This document shows positions 29,001 to 42,972 of a stretch of 64,000 bases of DNA, in pieces. Source of the DNA: Eledone cirrhosa (taxonomy: Eukaryota). The stretch is taken from assembly GCA_964016885.1 (NCBI GenBank), contig OZ024741.1, forward strand, positions 404,674,001-404,738,000. Direction: 5' to 3'. The translations under genes and the position numbers were made by a program. The notes beneath the pieces were generated by a model. The model made no database searches. It had not been told where the DNA came from and worked only from the letters and a program-made list of their open reading frames with translations. Every line of letters begins with the position of its first letter. The first letter of the stretch is position 1.

Positions 29001-32000
29001 TCCAATAAATACCTTTCAAACCTGAATTATTTCTCTGCAATACATTACTTTCCACCCTGAATTATTTCTCTCCAATACATTCCTTTCCGCTTTGAATTAT
29101 TTCTGTGCAATACATTACTTTACAACCTGAATTATTTCTCTCCAATACATTACTTTCCAACATGAATTATTTCTCTCCAATACATTACTTTCCAACCTGA
29201 ATTATTTCTCTCCAATACATTACTATCCAACCAGAATTATTTCTCTACAATACATTACTTTCCAACATGAATGCTTTCTCTCCAATTCATTACTTTCCAA
29301 CCTGAATTATTTCTCTCCAATACAATACTTTCCAGCCTGAATTTTTTCTCTCCAATACATTCCTTTCCAACCTGAATTATTTTTCTCCAACACATTACTT
29401 TCAAACGTGAATTATTTCTCCCCAATACATTACTTTGCACCCTGAATTCTTTGTCTCTAATACATTACTTTCCAACCTGAATTCTCTCTGTCCAATTCAT
29501 TCCTTTCCAACCTGAATTATTTCTCTCCCATACATTCCTTTCCGCCCGGAATTATTTCTCTGCAATACATTAGTTTACACCCTGAATTATTTCTCTTCAA
29601 TACATTAATTTCCACATGAAATATTTCTCTCCAATACATTAATTTCCAACCTGAATTATTTCTGTCCAATACATTCCTTTCCGCTCTGAATTATTTATCT
29701 GCAATACATTACTTTACACACTGAATTATCTCTCTCCAATACATTACTTTCCACCCTGAATTATTTCTCTCCAATTCATTACTTTACAACCTGAATTATT
29801 TCTCTCCAATTCATTACTTTCCAACCTGAATAAATTCTCTCCAATACATTCCTTCCCGCTCTGAATTATTTCTCTGCAATACATTACTTTCCACACTGAA
29901 TTATTTCTCTCCAATACATTACTTTCCAACCGGAATTATTTCTCTCCAATACATTACTTTCCAGCCTGAATTATTTCGCTCCAATACATTACTTTCCAAT
30001 CTGAATACTGTCTCTCCAATACAGTACTTATCACCCTGAATTTTGTCTCTCCAATCCATTAATTTCCAACTTGAATTATTTCTCTCCAATACATTCCTTT
30101 CCGCCCTGAATCATTTCTCTGCAATACATTACTTTCCACCCTGAATTATTTCTCTCCAATACATTACTTTCCAACATAAATTATTTCTCTCCAATACATT
30201 ACTTTCCAACTAGAATTACTTCTCTCCAATACATTACTTTACACCCTGAATTATTTCTCTTCAATACATTAATTTCCACATGAAATATTTCTCTCCAATA
30301 CATTAATTTCCAACCTGAATTATTTCTGTCCAATACATTCCTTTCCACTCTGAATTATTTATCTGCAATACATTACTTTACAACCTGAATTATTTCTCTC
30401 CAATTCATTACTTTCCAACCTGAATAAATTCTCTCCAATACATTCCTTCCCGCTCTGAATTATTTCTCTGCAATACATTACTTTCCACACTGAATTATTT
30501 CTCTCCAATACATTACTTTCCAACCGGAATTGTTTCTCTCCAATATATTACTTTACAGCCTGAATTATTTCGCTCCAATACATTACTTTCCAATCTGAAT
30601 ACTGTCTCTCCAATACAGTACTTATCACCCTGAATTCTGTCTCTCCAATCCATTAATTTCCAACTTGAATTATTTCTCTCCAATACATTCCTTTCCGCCC
30701 TGAATCATTTCTCTGCAATACATTACTTTCCACCCTGAATTATTTCTCTCCAATACATTACTTTCCAACATAAATTATTTCTCTCCAATACATTAGTTTC
30801 GAACCTGAACTCTTTCTCTCCAATTCATTATTTTCCAACTTGAATTATTCCTCTCCATTACATTACTTTCCACCCTGAATTCTTTCTTTCCAACACATTC
30901 CTTTCCATCCCGAATTCTTTCTCTCCAATATATTACTTTCCACCCTAAATTCACTCTCTCTTCAATACATTACTTTCCACCCTGAATTCTCTCTCTCCAA
31001 TACATTCCTTTTCACCCTGAACTATTTCTCTCCAATACATTACTTTCCACCCTGAATTATTTCTATCCAATACATTACTTTCCACCCTGAATTATTTCTC
31101 CCCAATACATTACTTTCTACATGAATTCTCTCTCTCCAATACATTACTTTCCAACCGGAATTCTCTCTCTCCAATACATTCCTTTCCAAACTGAATGATT
31201 TCCCCCAATATGTTACTTTACAACATGAATTATTTCTCTCCAATACATTACTTTCCAACATGAATTATTTCTCTCTAATACATTACTTTCCAACCGGAAT
31301 TATTTCTCTCAAATACATTACTATCCAACCAGAATTATTTCTCTCCAATACATTACTTTACACCCTGAATTATTTCTCTTCAATACATTCCTTTCCAAGC
31401 TGAAATAATTCTCTCCAATAAATTACTTTCCAACTTGAATTATTTCTCTCCAATACATTACATTCTAACCTGAATTCTTTCTCTCCAATGCATTACTTTC
31501 CACCCTGAATTATTTCTCCCCAATACATTACTTTCCACCCTGAATTCTTTCTATCTAATACATTACTTTCCAGCCTGAATTCTTTCTCTCTAATACATTA
31601 CTTTCCAACCTGAATTCTCTCTGTCCAATACATTCCTTTCCAACCTGAATTATTTCTCTCCCATTCATTCCTTTCCGCCCGGAATTATTTCTCTGCAATA
31701 CATTACTTTACACCTGAATAAAATTCTCTCCAATACATTACTTTACACCCTGAATTATTTCTCTCCAATACATTATTTTCCAACATGAATACTTTCTCTC
31801 CAATACATTACTTTCCTACCTGAATTATTTCTCTCCAATACATTACTTTCCAACCTGAATTATCTCTTTCCAATACATACCATTCAAACCTGAATTATTT
31901 CTCTGCAATACATTACTTTCCACCCTGAATTATTTCTCTCCAATACATTACTTTCCACCCTGAATTCTTTCTCTCCAATACATTACTTTCCACCCTAAAT

Positions 32001-35000
32001 TCTTTCACTACAATACATTACTTTCCACCCTGAATTATTTCTCTCCAAAACATTACTTTCCAACGTGAATTATTTCTATCCAAAACATTACTTTCCAACC
32101 TGAATTATTTGTCTCCAATACATACCTTTCAAACCTGAATTATTTCTCTCCAATATATTACTTTCCAACCTGAATTATTTCTATTCAATACATTACTTTC
32201 CAACCTGAAATATATCTCTCCAATACATTACTTTTCACCCTGAATACTCTCTGTCCCAATACATTCCTTTCCACCCTGGATTATTTCTCTCCAATACATT
32301 ACTTTCCAACCTGAATTCTTTTTCCCCAATACAGTACTTTCAACCCTGAATTATTTCTCTCCTATACATTACTTTCCAGCCTGATTTGTCCATCTCCAAT
32401 ACATTCCTTTCCACCCTGAATTATTTCTCTCCAATACATTACTTTCCACTTTGAATTCTCTCTCTCCAATACATTCCTTTCCAACCTGTATTCTCTATAT
32501 CCAATACATTCCTTTCCAACCTGAATTATATCTCCCCAATTCATTACTTTCCAACATGAATTCATTCTCTCCAATACATTCCTTTCCACCCTGAATTATT
32601 TCTCTCCAATACATTACTTTACACCCTGAATTATTTATCTCCATTATATTACCTTCCAACATGAATACGTTCTCTACAATACATTACTTTCCTACATGAA
32701 TTATTACTCTCCAATACATTACTTTACAACCTGAATTCATTCTCTCCAATACATTTCTTTCCACCCTGAATTATTTCTCTCCAATACATTACTTTACACC
32801 CTGAATTATTTATCTCCATTATATTACCTTCCAACATGAATACGTTCTCTACAATACATTACTTTCCTACATGAATTATTACTCTCCAACACATTACTTT
32901 CCAACCTGAATTCTTTCTCTCCAATACATTACTTTCCACCTTGAATTCTCTCTCTCTAATACATTCCTTTCCAACCTGTATTCTCTATCTCCAATACATT
33001 CCTTTCCAACCTGAATTATATCTCCCCAATACATTCCTTTCCAACCTGAATTCATTCTCTCCAATACATTCCTTTCCACCCTGGATTATTTCTCTCCAAT
33101 ACATTACTTTACACCCTGAATTATTTATCTCCATTACATTACCTTCCAACATGAATACGTTCTCTCCAATACATTACTTTCCTACATGAATTATTTCTCT
33201 CCAATACATTACTTTCCACCCTGAATTCTCTCTCTCCAATATGTTACTTTCCAACCTGAATTATTTCTCTGCAATACATTACTTTCCACCCTGAATTATT
33301 TCTCTCCAATACATTCCTTTCCGCTTTGAATTATTTCTGTGCAATACATTACTTTACAACCTGAATTTTTTCTCTGCAATACATTACTTTACAACATGAA
33401 ATATTTCTTTCCAATACATTACTTTCCAAACTGAATTATTTCTCTCCAATACATTACTATCCAACTAGAATTATTTCTCTACAATACATTACTTTCCAAC
33501 ATGAATGCTTTCTCTCCAATTCATTACTTTCCAACCTGAATTATTTCTCTCCAATACATTACTTTCCAACCTGAATTTTTTTTCTCCAATACATTCCTTT
33601 CCAACCTGAATTATTTCTCTCCAATACATCACTTTCCAACCTGAATTATTTCACTCCAACACATTACTTTCAAACGTGAATTCTTTCTCTCTAATACATT
33701 ACTTTCCAACCTGAATTCTCTCTGTCTAATTCATTCCTTTCCAACCTGAATTATTTCTCTCCCATACATTCCTTTCCGCCCGGAATTATTTCTCTGCAAT
33801 ACATTAGTTTACACCCTGAATTATTTCTCTCCAATACATTAATTTCCACATGAAATATTTCTCTTCAATACATTCCTTTCCAAGCTGAAATATTTCTCTC
33901 CAATAAATTACATTCCAACTTGAATTATTTCTCTCCAATACATTACATTCTAACCTGAATTCTTTCTCTCCAATACATTACTTTCCACCCTGAATTATTT
34001 CTCCCCAATACATTACTTCCCACCCTGAATTCTTTCTCTCTAATACATTACTTTCAACCCTGAATTCTTTCTCTCTAATACATTACTTTCCAACCTGAAT
34101 TCTCTCTGTCCAATACATTCCTTTCCAACCTGAATTATTTCTCTCCCATACATTCCTTTCCGCCCGAAATTTTTTCTGTGCAATACATTACTTTACACCT
34201 GAATAAAATTCTCTCTAATACATTACTTTACACCCTGAATTATTTCTCTCCAATACATTACTTTCCAACATGAATTCTTTCTCTCCAATACATTACTTTC
34301 CTACCTGAATTATTTCTCTCCAATACATTACTTTCCAACCTGAATTATCTCTTTCCAATACATACCATTCAAACCTGAATTATTTCTCTGCAATACATTA
34401 CTTTCCACCCTGAATTATTTCTCTCCAATACATTACTTTCCACCCTGAATTCTTTCTCTCCAATACATTACTTTCCACCCTAAATTCTCTCACTCCAATA
34501 CATTACTTTCCACCCTGAATTATTTCTCTCGAATACATTACTTTCCAACGTGAATTATTTCTATCCAAAACATTACTTTCCAACCTGAATTATTTGTCTC
34601 CAATACATACCTTTCAAACCTGAATTATTTCTCTCCAATATATTACTTTCCAACCTGAATTATTTCTATTCAATACATTACTTTCCAACCTGAATTATTT
34701 CTCTGCAATACATTACTTTACACCCTGAATTATTTCTCTCCAATACATTACTTTCCAGCCTGAATTATTTCTCTCCAATTCCTTACTTGCCAACCTGAAT
34801 AATTTCTCTCCAATACATTCCTTTCCGCTCTGAATTATTTCTCTGCAATACATTACTTTCCACACTGAATTATTTCTCTCCAATACATTACTTTCCAACC
34901 GGAATTATTTCTCTCCAATACATTACTTTCCAGCCTGAATTATTTCGCTCCAATACATTACTTTCCAATCTGAATACTGCCTCTCCAATACAGTACTTAT

Positions 35001-37180
35001 CACCCTGAATTCTGTCTCTCCAATCCATTAATTTCCAACTTGATTTATTTCTCTCCAATACATTACTTTCCAACCTGAATTCTCTCTGTCCAATACATTC
35101 CTTTCCAACCTGAATTATTTCACCCCAATACATTACTTTCCAACCTGAATTATTTCTCTCCAATACATTCCTTTCCACCCTGAATTATTTCTCTCCAATA
35201 CATTACTTTCCAACATGAATTATTTCTCTCCAATACATTACTTTCCAACTAGAATTACTTCTCTCCAATACATTACTTTCCACCCTGAATTATTTCTCTC
35301 CAATACATTAGTTTCGAACCTGAATTCTTTCTCTCCAATTCATTACTTTCCAACTTGAATTATTCCTCTCCAATACATTACTTTCCACCCTGAATTATTT
35401 CTCTCCAATACATTCCTTTCCACCCTGAATTCTCCCTCTCCAATACATTACTTTCCAACCTGAATACATTCTTTCCAATACAGTACTTATCACCCTGAAT
35501 TCTGTCTCTCCAATACATTACTTTCCTCTCTGAATTCTTTCTTTCCAACACATTCCTTTCCATCCCGAATTCTTTCTCTCCAATACATTACTTTCCACCC
35601 TAAATTAACTCTCTCTTCAATACATTACTTTCCACCCTGAATTCTCTCTCTCCAATACATTCCTTTCCACCCTGAACTATTTCTCTCCAATACATTACTT
35701 TCCACCCTGAATTATTTCTATCCAATACATTACTTTCCACCCTGAATTATTTCTCCCCAATACATTACTTTCTACATGAATTCTTTCTCTCCAATACATT
35801 ACTTTGCAACCTGAATTCTCTCTGTCCAATACATTCCTTTCCAAACTGAATGATTTCCCCCAATACATTACTTTCCAACATGAATTAAATCTCTCCAATA
35901 CATTCCTTTCCGCTTTGAATTATTTCTCTGCAATACGTTACTTTACAACCTGAATTATTTCTCTCCAATAGATTTCTTTCCAACATGAATTATTTCTCCC
36001 TAGTACATTACTTTCCAACCTGAATTATTTCTCTCCAATACATTACTATCCAACCAGAATTATTTCTCTCCAATACATTACTTTACACCCTGAATTATTT
36101 CTCTTCAATACATTCCTTTCCAACCTGTATTCTCTCCGTCCAATACATTCCTTTCCAACCTGAATTATTTCTCTCCCATACATTCCTTTCCGCCCGGAAT
36201 TATTTCTCTGCAATACATTACTTTACACCTGAATTATTTCTCGACAATACATTACTTTCCAACATGAAATATTTCTCTCCAATACATTACTTTCCAATCT
36301 GAATTATTTCTCTCCAATACTTTACTTTCCAGCCTGAATTATTTCTCTCCAATACATTACTTTCCCACCTCAATTCATTCTCTCCAATCCATTACTTTCC
36401 ACCCTGAATTCTTTCTTTACAATACATTACTTTCCACCCTGAATTATTTCTCTCCAATTCATTACTTATCACCCTGAATTCTGTCTCGCCAATACATTAC
36501 ACTCCACCCTGAATTCTTTCTTTCCAATGCATTCCTTTCCACAATGAATTCTTTCTCTCCAATACATTACTTTTCACCATAAATTCTCTCTCTCTCCAAT
36601 ACGTTCCTTTCCACCCTGAATTATTTCTCTCCAATACAATACTTTCCAACCTGAAGTCTCTCTCTCCAATACATTCCTTTCCACCCTGAATTATTTCTCT
36701 CCAATACATTACTTTCCAACCTGAATTCTTTCTCTCCAATACATTCCTTTCCGCCCTGAATTATTTCTCTGCCATACATTACTTTACACCCTGAATTATT
36801 TCTCTCCAATACATTACTTTCCACCCTGAATTATTTCTCGCCAATAAATTACTTTCCAACCTGAATTCTCTCCAATACATTACTTTCCAACCTGAATTCT
36901 CTCTCTACAGTACATTACTTTCCTTCCTGAATTATCTCTCTCCAATACATTACTTTCCAACCTGAATTATTTCTCTCCAATACATTACTTTCCAACCTGA
37001 ATTCTTTCTCTCCAAAACATTACTTTCCACCCTGAATTATTTCTCTCCAATACATTACTTGCCACCCTGAATTCTCTCTCTCCAATACATTCTTTTCCAC
37101 CCTGAATTATTTCTCTCCAATACATTACTTTCCACCCTGAATTCTCTCTCTCCAATTCATTACTTTCCACCCTGAATTCT
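8028..37180. repeat. 35-bp satellite DNA array (~830 monomers) with higher-order repeats
   Basis: Consensus CTGAATTATTTCTCTCCAATACATTACTTTCCA(A/C)C; period 35 verified (8101/8136); uninterrupted for ~29.1 kb in a single orientation. Confidence 0.98.
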
Positions 37181-37728
37181 CAAACTGGTCACATCGAGCG
37201 CAAGCATGCTAACCTTTTTCAACCATATCTTATAATTCAGGATTATACCTTGTCATGCCACGAGGCACATTTGTTTACCACATATGTAATTCACGGACTA
37301 CAATAAACGCAAGTTATTTTGATACTCTTTTTGAGAAACTTATTAAGCTTCAGTTATTACTTCAGATGTATTGAGAGATGGTTCTCGCGCGGCGTAGGGT
37401 TCTGTGGAGGTTCTCCTATCTCTTATTTCTATTAAATTTAGTAGTTGGGTTCCAGTGGTGCTTACTGGAGTAAGTAACCCTGGGACCAACTCACTAAACA
37501 TATATGAGACTAATTTCTTTGTATTTATTATCCTGAACGGCCCCTGATATATTTTCCTTCGGCCATATTACATTCTTAGTTTGAAGACGTTCGCTACACA
37601 ATCATGTGAGATCAGGATTCTATCATATTTCGTAAGAAATCATCAGGAAAGTATTTCCTGGTTATTGTTTACGAATGAAACAGTTCTAGTCCTGTAGGAG
37701 TATTTCTGTAATGAAATAAAAATATAAT

Positions 37729-37930
37729 TACAAGGGTAGACTGAAAAGTTTATTGGCTGACCAAGATACTCTCATGGAATGATCAAATGAAGTTTATTTT
37801 TCAACATAATCCCTGAAAAGAAGCAATGCAATTATTAATTAAAAGAGTTTAAATTAATGCATGCAAGATTTCACAGCTCTAGCATCAATAATTCATAATC
37901 AGTCTATGAACTTTCCAGCCTACCCCCGTA
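37729..37930. mobile_element. ~200-bp Tc1/mariner-type MITE
   Basis: Imperfect TIRs (ta)caagggtagactgaaaagtttattggctga and tcagtctatgaactttccagcctacccccg(ta); TA flanks. Confidence 0.7.
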
Positions 37931-37934
37931 TATG

Positions 37935-38065
37935 TTGTGTGTGTGTGTGTGTGTGTGTGCCTCTCTCCCTATGTGCCTCTCTCTCTCTCTCTCTCTCTCA
38001 CTCACTCTCCCTCTCTCTGTGTGCCCCCTCTCTCTGTGTGCCCCCTCTCTCTCTCTCTCTCTCTG
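37935..38065. repeat. (GT)n/(CT)n compound microsatellite
   Basis: Direct inspection. Confidence 0.95.
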
Positions 38066-38410
38066 TATATTACTTTGAGTGGTTATTTTGGAAACAAATC
38101 ATTATATATGTACATAAGCAGGATTTCCTATTGTCCACTTTAAGGATTATATTTGAGGTTAACAACAAGTAAAACGAAGAAGAAAATTATGTTTTCAGTT
38201 TAACTCTTTTCGCTTCTTTAAAGCTTCACCATCGTTAGATATTCCTAGTCTGCTTAGAAATTCTTGTAGTTTTAAGGAAATCGAATCACTTCTATACAAA
38301 GTTCAAACACTGAATTGGCAGAACTCTAAAGATATGTCTAAGTTGAATTATTATATTTCTTTGTTTCTTTTGTAAATAAGTTATTACATTTTCATAATTA
38401 ATTATATAAA

Positions 38411-38596
38411 TAATTGTTTCTACTTTTGGCACAAGGCCAGAAATTACCCAGTACATTACTGGTACTTTATTTTATCAACCCCGTAAGGATGAAAGGCAAA
38501 GTTAACCTCGGCGGGATTTGAACTCAGAATGATAAGGGCCGTAACTCTATGCGTCAAAGCATGACGTCCGACCCTCTACCGATATTGCCAATCCAC
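38411..38596 (-). mobile_element. Meta-type tRNA-derived SINE
   Basis: Reverse complement closely matches 6722-6912. Confidence 0.85.
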
Positions 38597-38705
38597 AATG
38601 AAAAGAAGTGGGGAAGGTCTAAAGAAGGGCAGATCTGGCTGAATTGGAAAGTAAAGGAAAGGACTATAAATGCCATAAATGAGAATAAAATGTAGGAAAG
38701 AGCAA

Positions 38706-38868
38706 GGACTATTAGGCCACGGAAGATAGAGAGGACTATTAGTCCACGGAAGAAAGAGGGGACTATTAGGCCACGGAAGAAAGAGGGGACTATTAGGCCA
38801 CGGAAGAAAGAGAGGACTATTAGTCCACGGAAGAAAGAGGGGACTATTAGGCCACGGAAGAAAGAGAG
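38706..38868. repeat. 27-bp minisatellite, ~6 copies
   Basis: Unit ggactattag(g/t)ccacggaagaaagag(g/a); gives the 9-aa PLFLPWPNS pseudo-repeat in the ORF track. Confidence 0.92.
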
Positions 38869-39509
38869 GAGGAAGGCGAGAGGATGTCATGTTCTACTCC
38901 GAGGTTGGGGCGGTGCTTCGGTTGAATTATTAAATGAAATTACTGAACTAAAGAATAATACTTAAGACAGACAGATGCATTGAATCTGTGTATTAATATA
39001 TCTGGAATGTTCTTTCATCGCAACGTAACCGATTTAGCATTACTACTTGGTATGAAAATATTGCTTCTACTTATTAAAATATTGACATGTTTCTTTTGAA
39101 CACATTCAGACTTCTATCAAAACATTCCACACATTTTTCATTATCATAATATAGCCGGGATTTCTCTTCTGCAGCTGTGTATTGCTAATCCGTGGTAATC
39201 CTGTCCGGAATATAAATGAACATGAAAAAAAGGAAATAAAATAGAACAAAATAAAATAAGATGACAACGTAATATAACATACGATTTATAATATGATTCT
39301 AATTTTTTTCCTACTTTTTGAACATCAAATATTCGACAGACGATCGGAATATATATTTTCTAGTTTTCATAAAATCAAAATATATTTGATTTTATTTATA
39401 GTTGTTCGTGTTGGTCCGTCTGGAAATAAATCTACAAATTTTGGAGGGGAAAGTTATATACACGAAAGTAGATCAAATGTCCTTATACACGAGTATTCAA
39501 AGAATATGT

Positions 39510-40180
39510 CATATGGTGAGCTGAAAAGTTCATAGGCTGACAAAGATACTCTCGTGGAATGACTAAATGAGGTATCTTTTTAAACAAAGCTTCTGGAAAG
39601 AAACAATACAGTTATTAATAAGAAAAGTTAAAATTAATGCAAGCAAGATTCACAGCTCTAGCAACAATCCTTCATAGTCAGCCTATAACCAAGATACTCT
39701 CATGGAATGACCAAATGAGTTCTATTTTTAAACAAAGCTTCTGGAAAGAAACAATGCAGTTATTAATAAGAAAAGTTGAAATTAATGCTAGCAAGATTTC
39801 ACAATCCTTCATAGTTAGCCTATTACCAAGATACTCTCATGGAATGACCAAATGTGATTTATTTTTCCACATAATCCCTGGGGTGAAACAAATACATTAT
39901 CGTTTCACTTCCTATGACCAACATCCAGTATAAAAAGGATCATTATCACACACCCACTGTGTCTATAGGGTTTGCTGAAAGGTTCGTAGGCTATCTATGT
40001 AAGAGTGATGCTAGAGCTGTGAAATCTTGCATGCATTTATTTCAACTCTTCTAATTAATGACTGCATTGTTTCTTGCTAAGGACTATGTTGAAAAATAAA
40101 CCTCATTTGGTCATTCCATGAGAGTATCTTGGTCAGCCTATGAACCTTTTAGCCTATGAACTTTTCAGGCGACCCTCGTT
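39510..40180. mobile_element. Composite mariner-type MITE derivative with internal tandem duplications and an inverted right end
   Basis: caagatactctc(a/g)tggaatgac-type segment repeated near 39541, 39690 and 39827, and inverted at ~40110-40135; same family as 37729-37930. Confidence 0.65.
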
Positions 40181-40344
40181 GAACCACTTTGATCTATATA
40201 CCCTCTTTGAATGTTTTATAGCATGAAACTCTCATCAAGAGGACAATAACATTGTCTTTTAACCCTGTAATATCTACTGTAAAACATTGCTTTCATCTCA
40301 GACAGAAAATATTATTTAGTTACTTTCACTCTACTTGCAATTTG

Positions 40345-41155
<811 letters not shown>

Positions 41156-41409
41156 CCCTGGCTGAGTACCAAGCGTTTAATAGAACGCTATTGGATTTCT
41201 CTAAAAAAGTTATCTTTCATGTAAGAAATAAAATTGTTTTCCAATAGGTTTATGACTGTCCGGTTTCTACTGCACTCTACTACAGATAGGCGCTCAGTAT
41301 GAATACTACATTACAGAACTATATTCTGAAAATGCCCTTTCGTGTGTTATTTCTTATCAAATAACACAGTATTAAGTGAAATCCTTTGAAATTTATTGTT
41401 CCTAATATT

Positions 41410-41553
41410 ATTGGCAGTATCGGTAGAGGGTCGGACGCCATGCTTTCCAGCATAGTTACGTCCCTTTACGGTCTGAGTTCAAATACCGTCGAGGTTAACT
41501 TTGCCTTTCATCCTTACCGGGTCGATAAAATAAAGTACCAGTAATGTACTGGG
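41410..41553 (+). mobile_element. Meta-type SINE, 3'-truncated
   Basis: Matches ~6730-6875. Confidence 0.8.
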
Positions 41554-41557
41554 AAAT

Positions 41558-41600
<43 letters not shown>

Positions 41601-41602
<2 letters not shown>

Positions 41603-42957
41603 ATGGTTTTTTGGTATGAAATCGTGTATTGAAACACGTGTTTATATAGTACCGAACCGTCTTTTTCTCCTTTTAGTTCCCCCCAGTGTTGGTCTATTCT
41701 TTCTCCTATGCTCCCAGCTGTCTCACCTATGTATGTCGTCGTCATGTTTCTGCAAGTACCCTCTGTACATCTTATGCTACAGGCTACATTTCTAGTTTTA
41801 CAGTTTATTTGTGGATTTATTCTACATATAACACATTTCTTATTAGTACAGTGGGTTTTCTTAAAGGGGTATGTCTTGCTGATCAGGGCTGTTATGGTAG
41901 TTCCTGGCTTTTCTACCACTTTAATCTTTAAATATGTCTTTCTTTGGGTCTTTCTACATTGGTTAGCTAATTTCCCCCCAGGGGTAACATCCACGAACAT
42001 GACACTCTGGTATCTCTGGTTGTCGTACCATGAAGCTGCTTTCCCTATCTTATGTTTCTATGTCCTATCTAAGCTATTCCATGATATGCTCCTGCACAAT
42101 GGACAAATCCCTTTCATTTCCATCACTATGACGGTCTTATATTTCTCCATGGCTCCTTTGTACACATTGATTCTGTCTCTTTGGTTGTAGCCAGAGAACT
42201 GCATGTGGTTGATGAAGTGTTGGATGTGTCTTTCCATTTCAATTGGGTCGCACATGTGGGACACGTTCTTCATCATTCTTACCAAGTCTGCGATCAAATT
42301 ATCAAACTTAGCACTGTTGGACATCGCTTAGTTTTTATGTATCAGGTATTTGGAGGCCATGGGTTTAGCATAATGTGAGTGGAGAATTTGGATTTTCTCG
42401 TTTATAATGTTTAACCAGAGTTCCGTGTCTAATACAGGTAGTCTATTGTTAGGGTGTTTGGAAGGGAAGTCTATAGTTACAGTTATACTCTGGTGTATGG
42501 AATTAGCTATCTGCTGGATACTCTCCATTGTGTTATTTTCTAATTCGGGTTTATTGTTACTCTCTTGTAGGGGTGTTTTTATTACTATATTGATATCGTC
42601 TGTGTAACGAGATTACATGACAAGGGCTATGGAGTTCTCCTCCAGGTGTTATCTGAGTCTCCTTTACCACCACACCATAAATATGTTGGCAACATCACCA
42701 GCTATTCTGACGTCAATGGCTGCTCCCTCATTCTGGGTGTAAATTTTCTTATTAAATTTAAACATGTGGCCCTTTGGGGTAGTTTTAGCTCCTACTGCAT
42801 GTACGATCATTTTTCTCACCTGATGGTTGTTTTGGGGTGTCCGTATGGCTTTGAACCATCCATTCCATCTTCCTATGGGAGTTTTTTTAGCCATGGAAGT
42901 TATGGTGTGTGGGGGGGGGGGTCTACCCCTTATTGGCCTACTGGGGTAGAAACTGCT
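41601..42957 (-). pseudogene. Degenerate Penelope-like retroelement ORF (RT, Cys-rich linker, GIY-YIG endonuclease), Neptune-like
   Basis: FKFNKKIYTQNEGAAI..IAGDVANIFM; RYTDDI at ~42592-42609; LPVLD, HYAKP, QFSGY; CTNKKCVIC...C linker; VACSIRC...YIGETAGSIGERIDQH; broken by stops and frameshifts. Confidence 0.88.
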
Positions 42958-42972
42958 ATAGATAGATAGATA

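Noticed and set aside
8221-37170. Many 60-96 aa ORFs (ERNNSGWKVMYWREIIQ...) suggesting a repeat protein
   Set aside because: Frame-cycling translation of a 35-bp monomer (not a multiple of 3) with frequent stops
8028-37180. CRISPR-like array, given the 35-bp repeat length
   Set aside because: Monomers are contiguous with no unique spacers, there are no cas genes, and the context is eukaryotic
41250-41370. Minus-strand GAAA-ccgg and a TTGATAA inside a gtgttattt/aaataacac hairpin
   Set aside because: No NUH site and no consistent stems I and II
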